Positions 35,297-49,062 of a stretch of 64,000 nt of DNA are shown piece by piece. Within the stretch, counting starts at the first letter, position 1. Each line of letters starts with the position of its first letter. Position numbers and translations under genes: made by a program. Source of the DNA: Klebsormidium nitens. Lineage: Eukaryota; Plantae; Klebsormidiophyceae. The notes beneath the pieces were generated by a model, which was not told where the DNA came from, searched no databases, and saw nothing but the letters and a program-made list of their open reading frames with translations. The stretch lies in contig DF237169.1 of NCBI GenBank assembly GCA_000708835.1, positions 73,390 to 137,389 on the forward strand. The letters are read 5' to 3'.

Positions 35297-38200
35297 ATGG
35301 CGGCCGCCAGTAGTCCGGTCCCAGGGGTGTCCAAGGCTGCTGACCCCAAGACTCCTGGGGAAGCTTCCCCGGCGCCCCAATTCAAAACCCCAGCCAGCTC
35401 TGTCCCCCCTCCCCAAGCCCAAACATCAAGGGATCCCCCGTCTGGAACCTCATTCAAAGCACTGCCATGCGGAGAGGATGTGGAGACCATGAGCGTCCGG
35501 CAGCTGAGGGAAGCACTCAAGGAGCGCGGCCTGAACTCGCACGGCTTGCTGGAGAAGCGGGAGTTCCAGGACCTGCTGAGAGCGCATCTGCCTCCTATCA
35601 CCCCGGAACGCGCAGATGCCACGCCCGCAACCGCGAGCGTCTCTGACGGCACAGCGGAACAGATGCCGGCTGCAGATGAGTCGGTTGCTCATGCTGGTGC
35701 CAGTACACCCCTTGCGAGCAAGCCGTCAGACAAGCCGAGTCGTGTACCGAACGGTCCGTTGGAAGGAGGTGGGGCTGCAGCAGGACGCGATTCTCTGGAT
35801 GGAACGCCACTCAAGGAGGATGCTTCAAAGACGTCTGCAAGTCCTCCAAGTGGGGGGTCTACAGCCACCCCCACTGACAGCTCGGACCCCCTCCCGAAAA
35901 CTCCGAGTGCCACCCCTCCGGGCGAGGGCATCCCTCCTTCGAATTGGTTCAAAGAGAGCCGGGTAGACAAGGCTCCACAGACCGTAGCGGGAAGGAAAAA
36001 GGGTACTCAGGGAGAGGAAACACAGACAACAATACGGCCCAGGCGGACGGGCAGGCGAGTGCGTTTCACGCCCATGATGCAGGGCAGGCCGCGAGCACCG
36101 GTTTTCAGGCCGAAGGCGGAGCAAGAAGGTGCTGAGGAGAGGGAAGTTTTGGAGCACGAGGTTGAGGTCACAGTTCTGGAGGGGCTTCAGGGGTCGGCCA
36201 ACAAGGAGAAGTGGATTTTCCAACGGGATGAAAAGGGACATCTTCGGTCGCAGAGCGGTACGCGCAGCGAATCGGACAGCGGTTCCGAGCGTCGTTCCAG
36301 GGCAAAGAGAGCCAGGGGGAAGGCCGCCGAGGCGAGGACTGCGAATGCGCCTGGGTCTGGGCGGAGATGTGAAACGAAGACGGAAGGAGATGTCGGCCGG
36401 AAAGCTGTCAAAGAGAATGACGTTGTGGGGCCCCGCAGGTCGTCACTTGGGAGCAACAGCGATTCTGTGAAGGCGCAAGGGGGCGCAGGTGCAGCCCGGG
36501 TGAAGGAGACCGCCCGGAGGGGGCGCGGCGCGGAAGAGGACAGCGACAGCTCGAGCGATGACGACAGCGAGAGTGACTCGGGCAGCGGCAGCAGCAGCGG
36601 GAGCGGAGACGATTCGTCCAGCAGCGAGGAGTCAGAGAGCGAGGTCGAGGGAGCGGCTCAGACGCCGTCCAACAGCGCGGGCGGTGCTGCCGAGTCAGCC
36701 ATAAAGGAGAACGGTGGCTCAAACGGGGATGCAAGCCCTGTCTCTGCAGCAAAGCAGATGGTCGAAACGGGAGTGAAACCATCCCCGGTTCGGGGGTCGG
36801 AGCAGGATGGAATTCCCGAGCGCAGGGAGCGGGGGAGGCCCAGGCGCGTTGTTTCCAAAGCGGCAGAGCAGGCTGGCGCTTCGGAACCTGCGAGGAAACG
36901 CGGCAGGCCGGTTGGGCGGCCTGGGGGTCGTTCGACCCCGCAGAAAGCGCCCGGTTCGAGGAAGCCCCGGGCAGTGGGGTTGAAAACTAAGGTGAAGCGG
37001 TTCTGGACGAGCGTGAGGGCTCGCGCGCGTGCGCAAGAGCAGAACGCGAGCATCCTGCGGAGGAGCCGGAAGCTGTGGCGGCTGAAGACGGCGCCGGCGG
37101 ACCAGGCGGCGGAGGCGCGGAAGCGACGGATCGAGGCACGCAAGGCCAAGGCTGGAGAGGTGGGCTCTGATTTCCTTCTTCTTGTCCTTTGAAGTTGCTG
37201 TTCCAAGCGGCGAGCGGCAGTCTGAGATTAGAGGCAATTTTTTGCAAGCTTCGTAAGTTTTTGGAGATTCCAAGGCCGTCCTGCCTTATTGAGCGTAACA
37301 AGAATGTGGTCGCATCCTTCTCAAGCTTGCGTGTGCAGTGCACTTTTCCTGCAAGGCATTTCGTGCCGTCCCTGACAGCACTCAGACACGAGCTGGAAAT
37401 TTTCACCGAGTCTGTGTCGTTTGGGCACCTGATTTTGTGCACCTGTTCACCGCAAATAGAGCTGCTTCAAGGGCTGACTGCAGTCGATTTCAGTGTACTC
37501 GTACCCTCCTCTTTGAGGGAACGAAGGCACTTCTGGTTATGACTGATGGGAACGTGCAGGCCTGGCAGCCAGCGAATTTCCGCCAGACGTCAAAGTTTTC
37601 CCAGTGCGCCTCGGACCTTGCTTTGCAGACACACTAGATCATGAGATGTCTCCATTGTTTGGACAAGTCAAGGATTCTGACGCCCCAGACGGACTTCGCC
37701 TGTGTTGCGTGTTTGAGGGTCTTTAAATTCATCGCCTCCCTTACAATCTGCAGGACGACAAGGCCTTCGCTCTGGCCAACCGCCAGAAACGCCTCGAGGC
37801 GCTCCAGGCCAAGGCCCTAGCCCGACGCGCAGCCGCCAAGCTCCGGGCAGAGAAGGCCGCGGCAAAGAAAGCCGCTGCGGCTCACGATCCGGCCACGGCG
37901 AAAGAGCGGGTTCCCTCGACAAAACACAACCCTGCGCCAGGACCCAGAATCGATCCCGGAATGCAGAAACGGCGGCGGCCGTCAGTGTCGATCCTAGAGG
38001 CGGCGGTGAAACGGCAGGCAGCGAGGAACCTGGAAGTAGGGAAGGGGGAGCCGCTCGGGGAAGCACCCCGGGAAAGCGATGAGGGCTCTGGTTTCGCTGG
38101 AGCAGGCTCCCGGTTCTGGGTACCGGAACCGGAGGTGCAGGCCGGGGCAGATGGAAAGTTGGCACCGGGAGTCTCGGAACGAGTAGCCACGGCCGGAATC

Positions 38201-41200
38201 AGCGCCCAAGTGCGCGGAGAACCTGGGGGATCCCCCAGGACAGTCAAGCTTAGTCCGGTACAGGCGAAGTCCGTCCCAAGGAAGAAACGGACGGGGACGA
38301 GGCCTGGTGTCAAGCCCAAGAGTACGGACAAGCCGCCGGACAAGTTGACACCAAAGCAGGCGAGGGAGGGGCTTCCCGGGCGCCGCGCCGTCGAGCGACG
38401 CACCGACGGGTTTGTCAAAGACGACAGCGAAGAGGAGGCAGAAAAGGCGACCGCCAAAGAGCAGGTTGGCGCGGCCGATGCGGTCGGGATAGCTGGGCTA
38501 TCGCCGGAAAAAGAACCGGCAAAGGCGCCCGTGAAAAAGCGCGTGACGGGAAAACGGGCGGCCAGGAAGAGGCCGACTGCGAAGACGAACGGCAAGGAGA
38601 ACGTCCTTCCGCCGGAACTGGCTGCGGAGAAGCGGAAGGAACAGTCTGCTGCGTCGCCGGAAGCGGGAGCGAGGAAGGTGAAGCCGTTGGGGGACGTGTA
38701 CGTGAAAGGTGAGGGTGCCGCATGCAAGCAAGAGGGTTCGGTCTGATTGGGAGTTCGTTTCTGATTGGAGACCCTTCCAAAGTGTGGAGCTGGGGGTGTC
38801 TACACAGCCTTTGCTTGTGGTTTAGGGAACGAAGCATGCTTATCTGACCTTTGTGACGGCATTTCGTAGCCTAGTACGTCCCTATACCATCTTTGATGTT
38901 CTGGCCACCATTCAGAAACTTCATGTGTTTCTGCATAGCTGGTTCAGAAGGAAAGCGAATCTTAAGGTCACAAACAAATCATGCATTTCGGTGAAAGGAC
39001 ATACACTCCAACCTCCCCCAATCTTCAGATGTGCCTTTGTAGGAGCGGTTTGTCAGCTTCGCATACGGACAGTCCAAGTCTTGAGTCACAAGACCAGAAT
39101 TTCCACACAGGATCTGGCTCAATCTCTGTGGGCAGGTTTGGGAACTAAAGCAAGGTGATCGCGCTAGGCAGATACCAGTGGCCTAGTTCTGGGGCTGTAC
39201 AGACTCTTCATTTCCTCATCTGCCACGTGGCCGGTCTGACCGACTTCGGTTCATGCTTGTTGCAGACGAAGAGGTGCGCGTGCAGAAGCGCGCCATCCTG
39301 AAAGAGGCCAAGGCCCGCCGGTTCGCGGTCGAGCGCACTCCGCTGCGGCGCACGGATCGGCTGCGGAAGAAGGCCCCCTCCGCCGTGCCAGGTGCCGAAG
39401 AGCCGCGGCTCCAGCCGGACGCTCCGACGGAGTCCGGGGCAACGAAGAGTCTGCTGGAGGCGGACGTCCGAACGGACGGCTCACCGTTGGCCACTGGGCG
39501 CACGACACGTGGCGGCGGTCTGAAAGCGGGTCCGCAGAAGAAGGGGGCAGTAGATGCTCGGGCGAAGGTGGCGAAAGCCGGAAAAAAGGAAGTCAAGGCT
39601 GGGAAGATGGGGCTCAGGAGAGGGGCCAGCCAAGGAAGTGACGCTGCTGCCGACGTCAGCATTGCAGCCGGGGAGATTAGGACGAAGGTGGGGACGGCAG
39701 GAAAGAAGCGTAGGAATGTTGAGACGCCAGCAGCAGACACGGACAAAGCCCCTCACTCGAGCGGGAAGAAGCGGCGCTTTTCGGGAGAATTGAGTGCTAC
39801 GCAGGCAGCGATGAGTGGGGCAAAGGGGAAGCTAGCCCGACGGAAGGACAAGAGTCGCGAACAGCCAATGGAAACGGAGTCTGACGATGAGGTCGTAGGG
39901 AAGAAGCGGAAGGGTGAGAAGGAGATCAAAGTAAAGAGAAAGGCGGCAGAATCTGAGGGAGAAGACGAGGAGCGCGCGCGGAAACGGAGGCGGAAGGAGA
40001 AAGCGCGCGCGAGCAGGGGGGAAGAATCGGATGAGGAGGAGCATGGGAGGAAGCACCGGGGCAAGCATAAGCGCCGGCACAAGCACGGGAGGAAGCACCG
40101 GCGGCACAAACACCGGGACGAGGGGGAGTCGGAGTCGGAGCACCGCCGCCGGAAGCATAAGCGGAAGCGCGGGGAGACGGAAGAGGAACGGAAGCAACGG
40201 CGGGCGGAACGGAGGGAGCGGAAGGGGGCGAGAAGAGAGGCGAGACGCGCGGACAAAGCGGAGAACGAGAGCGAGGGCCGTGCGGAGGCGGGAGATGCGT
40301 CCGGAGATGGCGGGCAGGAGAGTGATGGCGCGCGCGAGCAGCCGGGGGCGGAGGCGAGCGAGCGGAAGAGAGTGGAACCGGAAGCTGCGGCGGCGGAAGC
40401 ATCGGATCCGGGGCACGAGGAGACACGTCCCAAGCGGACGCCGGAGGCGTCCGAAGAGAAGGACGGCCAGACAACGAACGATCCTGGCGATCGGACGTCC
40501 GTGGACAGTGACAAGGCGCCGGTCGAGATGCTTAAGGAAGAGGCGGTGAAAGAGGCGGGCCCTCAGGCTAACGCCGCTGAGGAGACAATTGCTCAGAAGG
40601 AGACCGGGGGATCGTCCCGGCCGGGGGGGGTCGTTGAGAAGAACGTTGAAGAGGCCCACGAAAGTCCCCCGGTGGGCACTCCCTCTGGAAAAGTTGTCCG
40701 CGAAGTGGAGCGAGGAACTGAGCCAGAAGCAGTTGTATCTGAGTCGGAATCGACAGGCAAGGGTCCTGTTTTGGAAACCAGCCCCCCTGCTGAAAGCAAG
40801 ACCACACAACCGGCATGGCACGGGTTCGGGGCGTCAATAAACGGGGGTGCACAGTCGCCTCCTCGAGAAAGGACTGAGGGCGCCCCGACCGCGTTCTCTG
40901 CGGGAAAAGAGACGTCGCCGCCGCCAGAGGCAGAAGTAGCCCCGAGAGAGGACGAATCGGCCGGAGAACCAGAGCCAGCAACCGAGCAAGGAGCCGCACT
41001 TGTTGCCCCGGATAGCGTCGACAAGGAATCGGGTGCGGCTACCATTAGCCCAGGGACGATGGCTCCTGCCAAGCCGACTCGCGAGAAAGCTGATGCCGGG
41101 GAGGAGGAGAGCGGGTCGGACGTGGCGGAAGAGAGCGAGAAGAGCGAAGAGGAGGAGTGGGAGAGTGCGGCGCTGGACGCGCTGCTAAAGTTCGAGTCCG

Positions 41201-41625
41201 GCAAGTTGAACGTGGACGAAGAAGCCACTCCGCAGAGCAAGCTGAAGCGCTCGGACGTTCACATCGCAGAGGAAAAGGATGGGGTCACGAGCGTCGCCAA
41301 CAGTGGCGCTCCCCAGAAAGCGAGGTCCGCTCCGGTCACTGAAACGGAAGTTGCAGAGCGGACGGAGGTTCCTGCCAGCCCAGCCGGAGGAGAGCAGAGT
41401 GCGAGCTCGGCAAAAAGCGCGCCCGGGACCCCACCGAGAGCAGAGCCGCCGGTTGCTGACGTGGAGAGCGTCCTCGACTGGGTGGCCGCGAAGGGCCGGT
41501 GCAACCTGGCTGACGTCAGCGGCAACTTTGCGGGCACGGCGCCGAGTGTGTTGGAGGGCCTGCTGCAAGATCTGTTGGGCAGTTTCGACATTGGCGTTGA
41601 CAATGGTCACTATTTTGTTCTGTAA
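35297..41625 (+). CDS. Large low-complexity nuclear protein (~1,725 aa) with a SAP/HeH-like motif, AT-hooks, a basic K/R/H tract and a probable C-terminal winged helix
   Basis: Phase-consistent exons 35297-37159, 37754-38708, 39266-41625 (5178 nt). VETMSVRQLREALKERGLNSHGLLEKREFQDLL; RGRPRR and RKRGRPVGRP; RKHRGKHKRRHKHGRKHRRHKH; C-terminus VLDWVAAKGRCNLADVSGNF...LEGLLQDLLGSFDIGVDNGHYFVL*. Confidence 0.85.
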
Positions 41626-42189
41626 TGTGTTCAAAGACCTCGTGCAAGATTTGCGTCCTTTTTCCCCGTTGCGAAGCGCAGATTGAGGTGGGAGTTGAGT
41701 TGAGGGACTGACTGCGAGGGGTTTCATTTTCCTAGGCTTAGGCTTAAAGCAAAGCAGAATTGGCAATGCCGCTTCCACCAGCAATACAATCTGCGGCTAC
41801 TTATGTGCTTGAACAGATCCTAATCAGTGTGCCTTTCAAGTCGCAATCTACATTTACCCAGTCTCCAACACATGGCTGCAATTGCTTGTGCGCACAATAG
41901 GCGCTCGTTGCCAATCCTCATTGGGACTTGCGGATGCCAGATTATTAACCACGATGATGCTGATACTTTAGCGCTAGACCACAGAGCTAAACCACACTAG
42001 ACAATGCCCTTTAACGACGTGATCCATGCTTCGAAGGACCAGAACACTCAGATAGTCAGACGGTTGCACATAAAGTGCTCCTTCCCTACTTCCGATTGGT
42101 CGTTGTTAAAGGGTCGCAAATTGAATCTTGACGATGGCTGCCAAGCGATAACAATATTTCGATATTAACGAGAGCTGCGGGGAGGGCAT

Positions 42190-42420
42190 CTATGCGAAAC
42201 TCTTGAGCATAGGAAAGCATTCGTACGTCGAACAATCGGGCTTGCCAATGCAGTTCTGAAGCGAGTCTTTACTTTTCATGTGCCACAGATGAAGCCTGTC
42301 CAAAGTTAAATAGCTGCGCATATGAGAATTTGTCTCGAGACAAGATACCATGGAGCCTAGGGGATCCTGCGCGTGATCCCATCGAGCGCAAGCATTCTGC
42401 AGTACTGAATCTTGACTCAT
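42190..42420 (-). pseudogene. Decayed SF1 (Upf1-like) helicase motif III region
   Basis: CARWDHAQDP..V.C (LVGDH.QLPP.V.S), SYLTLDRL (SLFERL), SLQ..G.P...CFP (L..QYRMHP.I..FPS). Confidence 0.3.
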
Positions 42421-43177
42421 GAATCTCTTGGACTCCAGACCGTTCTGGCCCGCTCATCGTTGCTTTTCGCCGATGTTGCATGCTGGGCGTAAAGCAGCTC
42501 TTTAAGTTTGTGATCTAAAATGTTGCAAACCAGGTTAGCCTGCGCTCGTCGCTGACCCGGTCGATTCAAGCTGAGGACCTATAAGCGCTGCTATCACCAT
42601 GTTGATACTATGTTGCATCCTGCGGGCGGTAGTAGGGCGGCCGCGACCGCGACCCACGGGAGCGCGGCCGGTCCGCCGAGCTGTGTGCCAATTGCAGGTT
42701 TCAAGAAGGCTTTAAGTGGGCGTCGGATTTCAAAGCTGGGAAATGCACACTAGTGAGTCTGAGTCCTGAGGAGAGCCTTGAGGAGGCCAGCTCTGAGCCG
42801 TCCGATAGATTCAACTCGCATGTTTAAACCGTCCGATGTCCAGGTGCACTCGCGAGTGCATACGCCCACTTTAAGCTTTAGTTTGCCCTGACCTGTCGTC
42901 TTCTGAAAGAATCGACGGCTGAAAATTTCTGTGGTTCGAAGCCATCCGATCGGTGCCCAATCGTGGGGTGAAAAAGCGGCCACGCATGAGGTTAGAGGTA
43001 TTGCGTGCTCCCGCAGCTCTGATCGAAGGCGTGAATCCCTGCCAGTGCTGCAAACTTGGCCTGGAAGGCGCATGGGTTTTGCTGCTGCTGCTTGAGTTTT
43101 CGGTACCTGAAGGTCACCGCATTGTTGAAAACGTCTCCGTTGGTTGAACACTTAGTTTCACCTGCTTCTCCGCAGCC

Positions 43178-45619
43178 ATGGCGGCATCTGTCAGTTTGTT
43201 AAAGCGGCTGTCCTGCAACGATATAACTTTTCAATCTTTAGGTTCAACAGTGAACCCAGCAAAGCGGTTGGCCCCGTCTTGTTTTTCCTCTGCCTCCAGT
43301 TTTTCCCCTCAACCAAAAGCGGCTTTGAGACCAAAAGCCAGTTTGTCAAAGGGATGGGGCTGGCGGAGAACTCCGCTCGCACCACCAGCGAGAAAGGGTG
43401 TGAATATGGAGAAAGGGATGGCAAGTCGAAGTTGGCGGTGCCAAAGTCAGGAGCTGGACAGTGTTGAAGAAACAGCCGAGAAAGTAAGCGGACCAGAAGT
43501 TATCTTGTCTCTGTTAAAAAACAACAGGAAAATACACAAAGACTCCTGCATTGAGAGCTCTACTCATATGTCTACCAGAATTGACTTTCTAGAAGCTGCC
43601 AATTGAGCTCGAAAAGGAGCTTGAATTGCGTTGCTCTGATGACTCTAAATGCAGCTGGTTTTACTGCAAAGAGACCGCCTGTTTCGCTGTGCCAACAAGA
43701 TTGTGAGAAATCTCATTGAAGCCAAGGACACTTTGACTTGCAACTTCTATTGTAACGAAGTGGTTCACACAGTACTTTGATTGTTGACACTTTCAGTAAG
43801 CTGCGGCTTCAGCTGCACAAAAGTGGTGAAGCAACGTACCACTTTCCCCATTGAGCCCCAATCTTGGGCCAAAACCACATTCTGTCCCATCCTTGCTGCG
43901 CAACACTCCAAGTTTTCGAGCCACTCCAATTGATTATTGTGCCTCCTCTTGTTATCCTGCACTCTTCAGCGATTGCCCCCGCTCTTGCAGCGCGGCCATG
44001 TTTTCGGTGGCCTTTTCTAGGGGCACCCATTGTCTGTCACTATAGGGCAGGGCAGCAGGATGACCTATTCCAGACCCAATTACTTAAATCCTTATCCTGG
44101 TTTTATCCTCACACTAGTTTCTCAATTGAGTACGGTCGCTTTTTTGCAGCCCGACACCTCAGAACCTGTATTCGAAGAGGAGCCGTCCCCATCCACTTCA
44201 GGCTCCTCCGATGCCGAATTCCCTGCACCCACAAAGAAACTGAACCAGCGCCTGGCGCTCGCTTCGGTAGCGGTGGCAGTGGGCATGTTTGTTGCGACGC
44301 GGGGGGCCGGTGCTGGCCCCGACTTAAACCAGCTAGCGGCTGGGGCAATGCAGTATGATGCAGCAATTACGAACGGAAGGCCGACGGTCGTGGAGTTCTA
44401 TGCGGATTGGTGCGTGGTGTGCCGGGAGATGGCAAAGGAGGTGTACCTTGCAGAACAGGTGAGAGGAAAGACGAGGAGTTCGACATACTACTGATCAAGT
44501 ATGGGTTGTGATTGTGGAACTAAAGTGTGTCGATCATGCTTTCATCAACCGGAGAAGCGAGTTGGTCTTATCTGCTTGTTTTGTGCAGTTTTTTAGCTGA
44601 AGTGCGAGCCTTCGTTCGGACATCGGCAGTTTCTGGTCTCAATTCTGAGCATCCATCTGAATGGCTACCTTTGGTACAACGAAAAGCGTGGGGTTTGATG
44701 GCACAAGGGACCTCGTTTCGAAAGTCGTTGTATTCGAAACATCCTGTTCTTGAGGCCAACACAAACTATATTGAATGTGAAAGCAGGTGCAGTGTTTTGA
44801 TGTCAGGGGCCCTTACAATATCCCTTGTGGATCTTCTTCGCTACAAACTTCCTCTCAGTCGTCGCCCTAATGCGGTCCTTGTCTCATATCAGGACCGATT
44901 CTCATCTGAGTTGATTCGTTGGAATGCACCTCGATCTTTTGTTGGTTCCGAACATTTTGCACTTGTACCCTCCGTGAAGAAGGGCCCTTTTTGAGACAAC
45001 GATTCCCCTTGGAACTTGATACTCGGGTCATGACTTACAAGGTTTCAGAACATTGTATTCGAGGGTCCGAGCGAATTAAAGCTGATGCTGGCATGTCATT
45101 CCTGGCCAGGAGTCGGTCTGCTCGCTTTTATCACGCGACTGGTACTGTTGGGAAATCAAGGAGACAGACAATCGAGACAATTGAACCTATCACACCGGAA
45201 ATCGTTCAAATATGTCAGCTCTGTTGCCTACGAGCAGGACGGCAAGTATTACTTGCTGCCGATACCGCAGCCTTTAACTTGGTTGCTCGAATCTATCCGG
45301 ATCCTCTTCTTTGCAGAACTACAAAGACAAGGTAAACTTCGTCTTGCTCAACATCGACAACAAGCGCTGGGCGGAGGAGGTGGAAGAGTACGGCGTCGGG
45401 GGGATCCCCCATTTTGTCTTCTTGGATAGCGACGGGGTAGAAGAGGGGTCCGCAGTCGGGAAGCTGCCCCGGTCAATTCTAGAAGAAAACCTGGCAGCCA
45501 TGGCTAGAGGGGACAAGCTGTTGCCGCACTCAGGAGTTGTGGGTCGTGTTACTGAACCGGGGCAAAGGCCGGCGGGGTTCACGGCTCCTGCAGTGGTTGA
45601 ACCAAGGACGCATGGTTAG
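43178..45619 (+). CDS. HCF164: Thioredoxin-like protein HCF164 (thylakoid), 305 aa
   Basis: Exons 43178-43483 (transit peptide-like), 44150-44458 ([18 protein letters not shown]; [21 protein letters not shown]), 45317-45619 ([35 protein letters not shown]...GKLP; ends EPRTHG*). Confidence 0.93.
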
Positions 45620-46827
45620 ACAAATTGGATAGATGGTTACTTGACAACGCTTCGTGTTTGATAAGAGTTGGTTGAGGTATGGTCTGAAGATCTGAGATGG
45701 CCTTGAATGCATATCAAAATTGATCAAACAATCAAGTCATTGAGGTTCGAATCGACAACGAGAATCAGTCCGACTAATTGTGACCCCCCTTTGGTAAAGT
45801 GTGTAGTCCAAGCAATGCTCTGATTCTATACATTTGGCGGGCATTGCGGTAGCAAGGCCTGCAGCACGGATATGCATGCTCGTAAGTGAGGCTCTCCAGC
45901 CAAGGCTGTTTTTCGTCCGCGCACCGTCATACACATCAGCCAGCTGGCTGTTGGAAATGATCATGATGTATACTTTGCCGGCGCTATTGGAATCATTGAT
46001 TGTGGGCGCTACTTAGATAGATAAAATCTACGCATGCTGCGTGGCTGCACATGTATGCACGCTGGCATGCATACGGATGAAGCACGTACCCAATCTGAAA
46101 TAAATAGCCTCCGGAGACCATGTGTTGTTCCATGTGATCCCAGGCTTCATCCATCGTGCCCATGAAGCGCTCTTACATACGAAAGACCTGCAGAATAGTG
46201 CGCTAGACCTCAACTAGGCTGTCGCGATATCCGGCGCGGCCTGGCGTCTTCAGAAAGCACTTGGTTGGGGTTTTACGTCAGCCTGGCAACATCGATCTCG
46301 TGGCCGGGGTCCCGGCCCCGATTTGATGTATCATTTTGAAAAGCTGTTCCAGCCGCCCTGTACTGTTTACCGTTCAATTGGTGGAACTCAAAGGATCGGA
46401 GGGGGTTCGGAGGGTTTGAAAAGGCGAGCTCCAAAGAAGTTCTGAATCTCTCGTATTCTGGCTCAGACTTCATTGGAAGGAACTCGCAAGGAAATCGCGA
46501 GGAAAAGCTGTCCAATCGTCAGCAAAGGAATTCTTCGGGGGCTGCCTTTTGGAGACCGTTGAAGCTGAAGGGTTTTGACGTTGCGTCGCATATGCTCGCA
46601 TATGCTCGCATGCGCTGCAGCGGGTTCGGGGCCACATATTTCGAGCGATGCTGCCGCTCTCGATCAGGACTAACTTCAATTTCCTCAGCACGCATCAGGT
46701 TAGCATCAGGGTCTCGTTTTGCAAGTTACATCTGTGACCAGATTTGCCGGCGGCATGCAAGTCCACAGACTCATCTCTGCATAAAAGATGGAAGGGACAT
46801 CAAGGCCAAACTGCAGCAACCATAGGC

Positions 46828-48982
46828 ATGGAGGAGATTGTTGAGAAGTGCGCTTCTTTGATTCTTGCAGGCAGCCCTGGGGCGCTGCTCTCCGCCGCAG
46901 AGTTGCTTGAAGACACGCGGAATGATTCCTGCGGGAGTGAATCTGCGAAGCTTGGGTTCTCCAGGGTGCTTCAGGAGATCTTGGCATACAAGCGCGGCGC
47001 AGTATCAGACCATCTTCTGCAGCAAATAGTCAAATTTTCCGCAGACTCCAACATTGATAGTGAGCTTCAACGCCTGTACGCATGCAAGGTTCTTGTGGCG
47101 CTCACCGAAAGCGAGGCGGTAGCAAAGTACTGCGCAGGAGAGAAGCAGAAAGCCCGCTTGTTGGTCAAGGCATTTATGGAGGCTCAAGCGTACCTCCTGG
47201 AACGGATGCCGGATCAGCTGCGTGGAAAGAAGTGCATTCCGGAAAAGTATTTGGGTCGCCAAAAGGATGGCGACCAGAAGCACGTCTTTTTGAATCTAGC
47301 ACTTGAGAACGTCAAGGGTTTCGCGAGCTTCTCCTTTGCTTCGAAGACCTTCCGCCTGGCCCTGCAAAAAGCGGGATTCAAAGGTTTCTTTCCTAGCCTA
47401 GAAAGCCTCCTCTCACGCGAGATATTTAAACAAGCAAGCTTGCAGCTTGTCGAGAAAGCTTTGAAGCACTACTCAGGTCTGATGCGCAGCTTCTGCCTCT
47501 TTGAGAAAAGTCAAAACTGGGCTTTCAACCATGGAATGATACGAGTCCAGGCCTCACTTGCTAGGCTTGTCTCCTTAGACGGAGCTACTGAACGGTTGAT
47601 TGATCCTTGGATGCTGGAGGCAATAGAGGGCATCCCAGGCGGTGCAGGTGTGTCCAGAACTGTATTGTTCCGAATGCTTCTTGCCGCCTCAGAGCAGGGG
47701 CTTTTGGACCTCGACAGACGGATCAGAGACAAGAGGAATGTGCGCGCGACGAAGACTGTGCGCGAGCAGTGGCTGGAGTTGGGGAAAATGAGGGTGCCAA
47801 GAGGTACAATGCCCCTGATCGGGTTGGTTCTTGGGGAACTCGCAAGCGTGCCCCCCTTTGCCCAGGCTCTCTTCAAAAGTGCTTTGGGGATTGCGAAGAA
47901 TAGAGCAGATCTGGAAGGCGGTAGAACGAGCGAGGCGCCGATTGTGTGCTCTTGGGAAAGGTGCGACGAGGCCGGGTCGGAGGACGACGCGGGCAGGAAG
48001 TTCAGCAAGTGCGCGAAGTGCTCGCTCGCATTTTACTGCAGGTAAGTTTTTTCTGAGTTGAAAGCTCTAAGGGTTCCAGTCATCCAGACAGAATATGCAA
48101 ACAGCACGTTATAAAACTGGATGGCTGTTCTCGGAGTGGTCGTCAAATCCACCGCTTGCGGGATCTTTGCAACCCCGAAACTTTAGGGGCCAGCGTTTTG
48201 TGGACTTACAAAGATGTGATTTACATCTTCATGTAAGCCGAAAACGTTGGAACCACCTGATTTCTATTGTGGTTGAAAAAGTCTTTGCTTTTGCGACAGG
48301 AGAAGCCTCCACTCATTGTCAGCACCGAGTGCCTTCATTCAACCTAGGTCCAGATTCTTGTTCGGATCCCTTTTTCTTTGATGCAGGTTTCGTGTTTCAA
48401 GCACGCCACTTTTCTGGCTTCATCATCTACACAATCAGAGCATCGGACAGTGTCAATCCACTGGGCTTGCAGACTTGTTCTTCTTTTTATGCCAGCAACT
48501 TGACTGAAACGACTCGGATCTCGTATGAATATATACACTCGAACCCTCTTCTTGTCAGCAAGGAACACCAGAGGCTCCACTGGGCGAGCCACAAGAGGCA
48601 GTGCGGTGACAAGTCTCAGCAAGCAGATCTTCACCACATTACCAAGGTGAGAGCTGGGATAATAATCGGAGAGATTCGCAGCTTCGAAGAGCTGCGTCAG
48701 CTTCGTCCCTTGCTCTAGCAAACTGTTCGACGCAGGTAGATAGCACTGTTTATTGCGAGCGCATCGAAGAGCCGGGCTGTCCTCTCCCCAGACCCTGCTT
48801 GAGTACTCGTCTTGCACGTCCTGATACCTTTCTGCTGTGCGGCTCGTCTCCTTCGGAAATTTGTCTCTGGTGTTTTACCAATATGTGCCGCCTGTTCTCT
48901 TATGGTAGCATAAGAATTATTCGCACGCTCAACACGTACTCTGTTGCAGGTAGACGAAGAAATTGGGAACGAGCCTGAGTAG
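46828..48982 (+). CDS. MYND-type zinc finger protein with an unrecognised helical N-terminal region, ~444 aa
   Basis: Exons 46828-48041, 48559-48646, 48950-48982, phases consistent. CSWERC..KCAKCSLAFYC|SKEHQRLHWASHKRQC. The start could lie slightly upstream. Confidence 0.85.
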
Positions 48983-49062
48983 CCTGCCGCTCCTAGAGTG
49001 GCAGAGGATGAAGTTTTTAAACAAGCTTTACTGGGTTTGAAGCAGAGAAATTATAAAGAACT

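Noticed and set aside
35260-41784. Many long antisense or alternative-frame ORFs (e.g. 39753-40514, 39832-40821, 37882-38727)
   Set aside because: These are shadow ORFs of a GC-rich, purine-skewed coding region, with no splice support or domains.
44400-44430. HCF164 WCVVC active site as a novelty
   Set aside because: The CxxC is intact, and the central-residue difference from WCEVC is ordinary variation.
45740-45760. tRNA-like GGTTCGAATC motif (also near 20555)
   Set aside because: No cloverleaf, D-arm or acceptor stem in the flanks.
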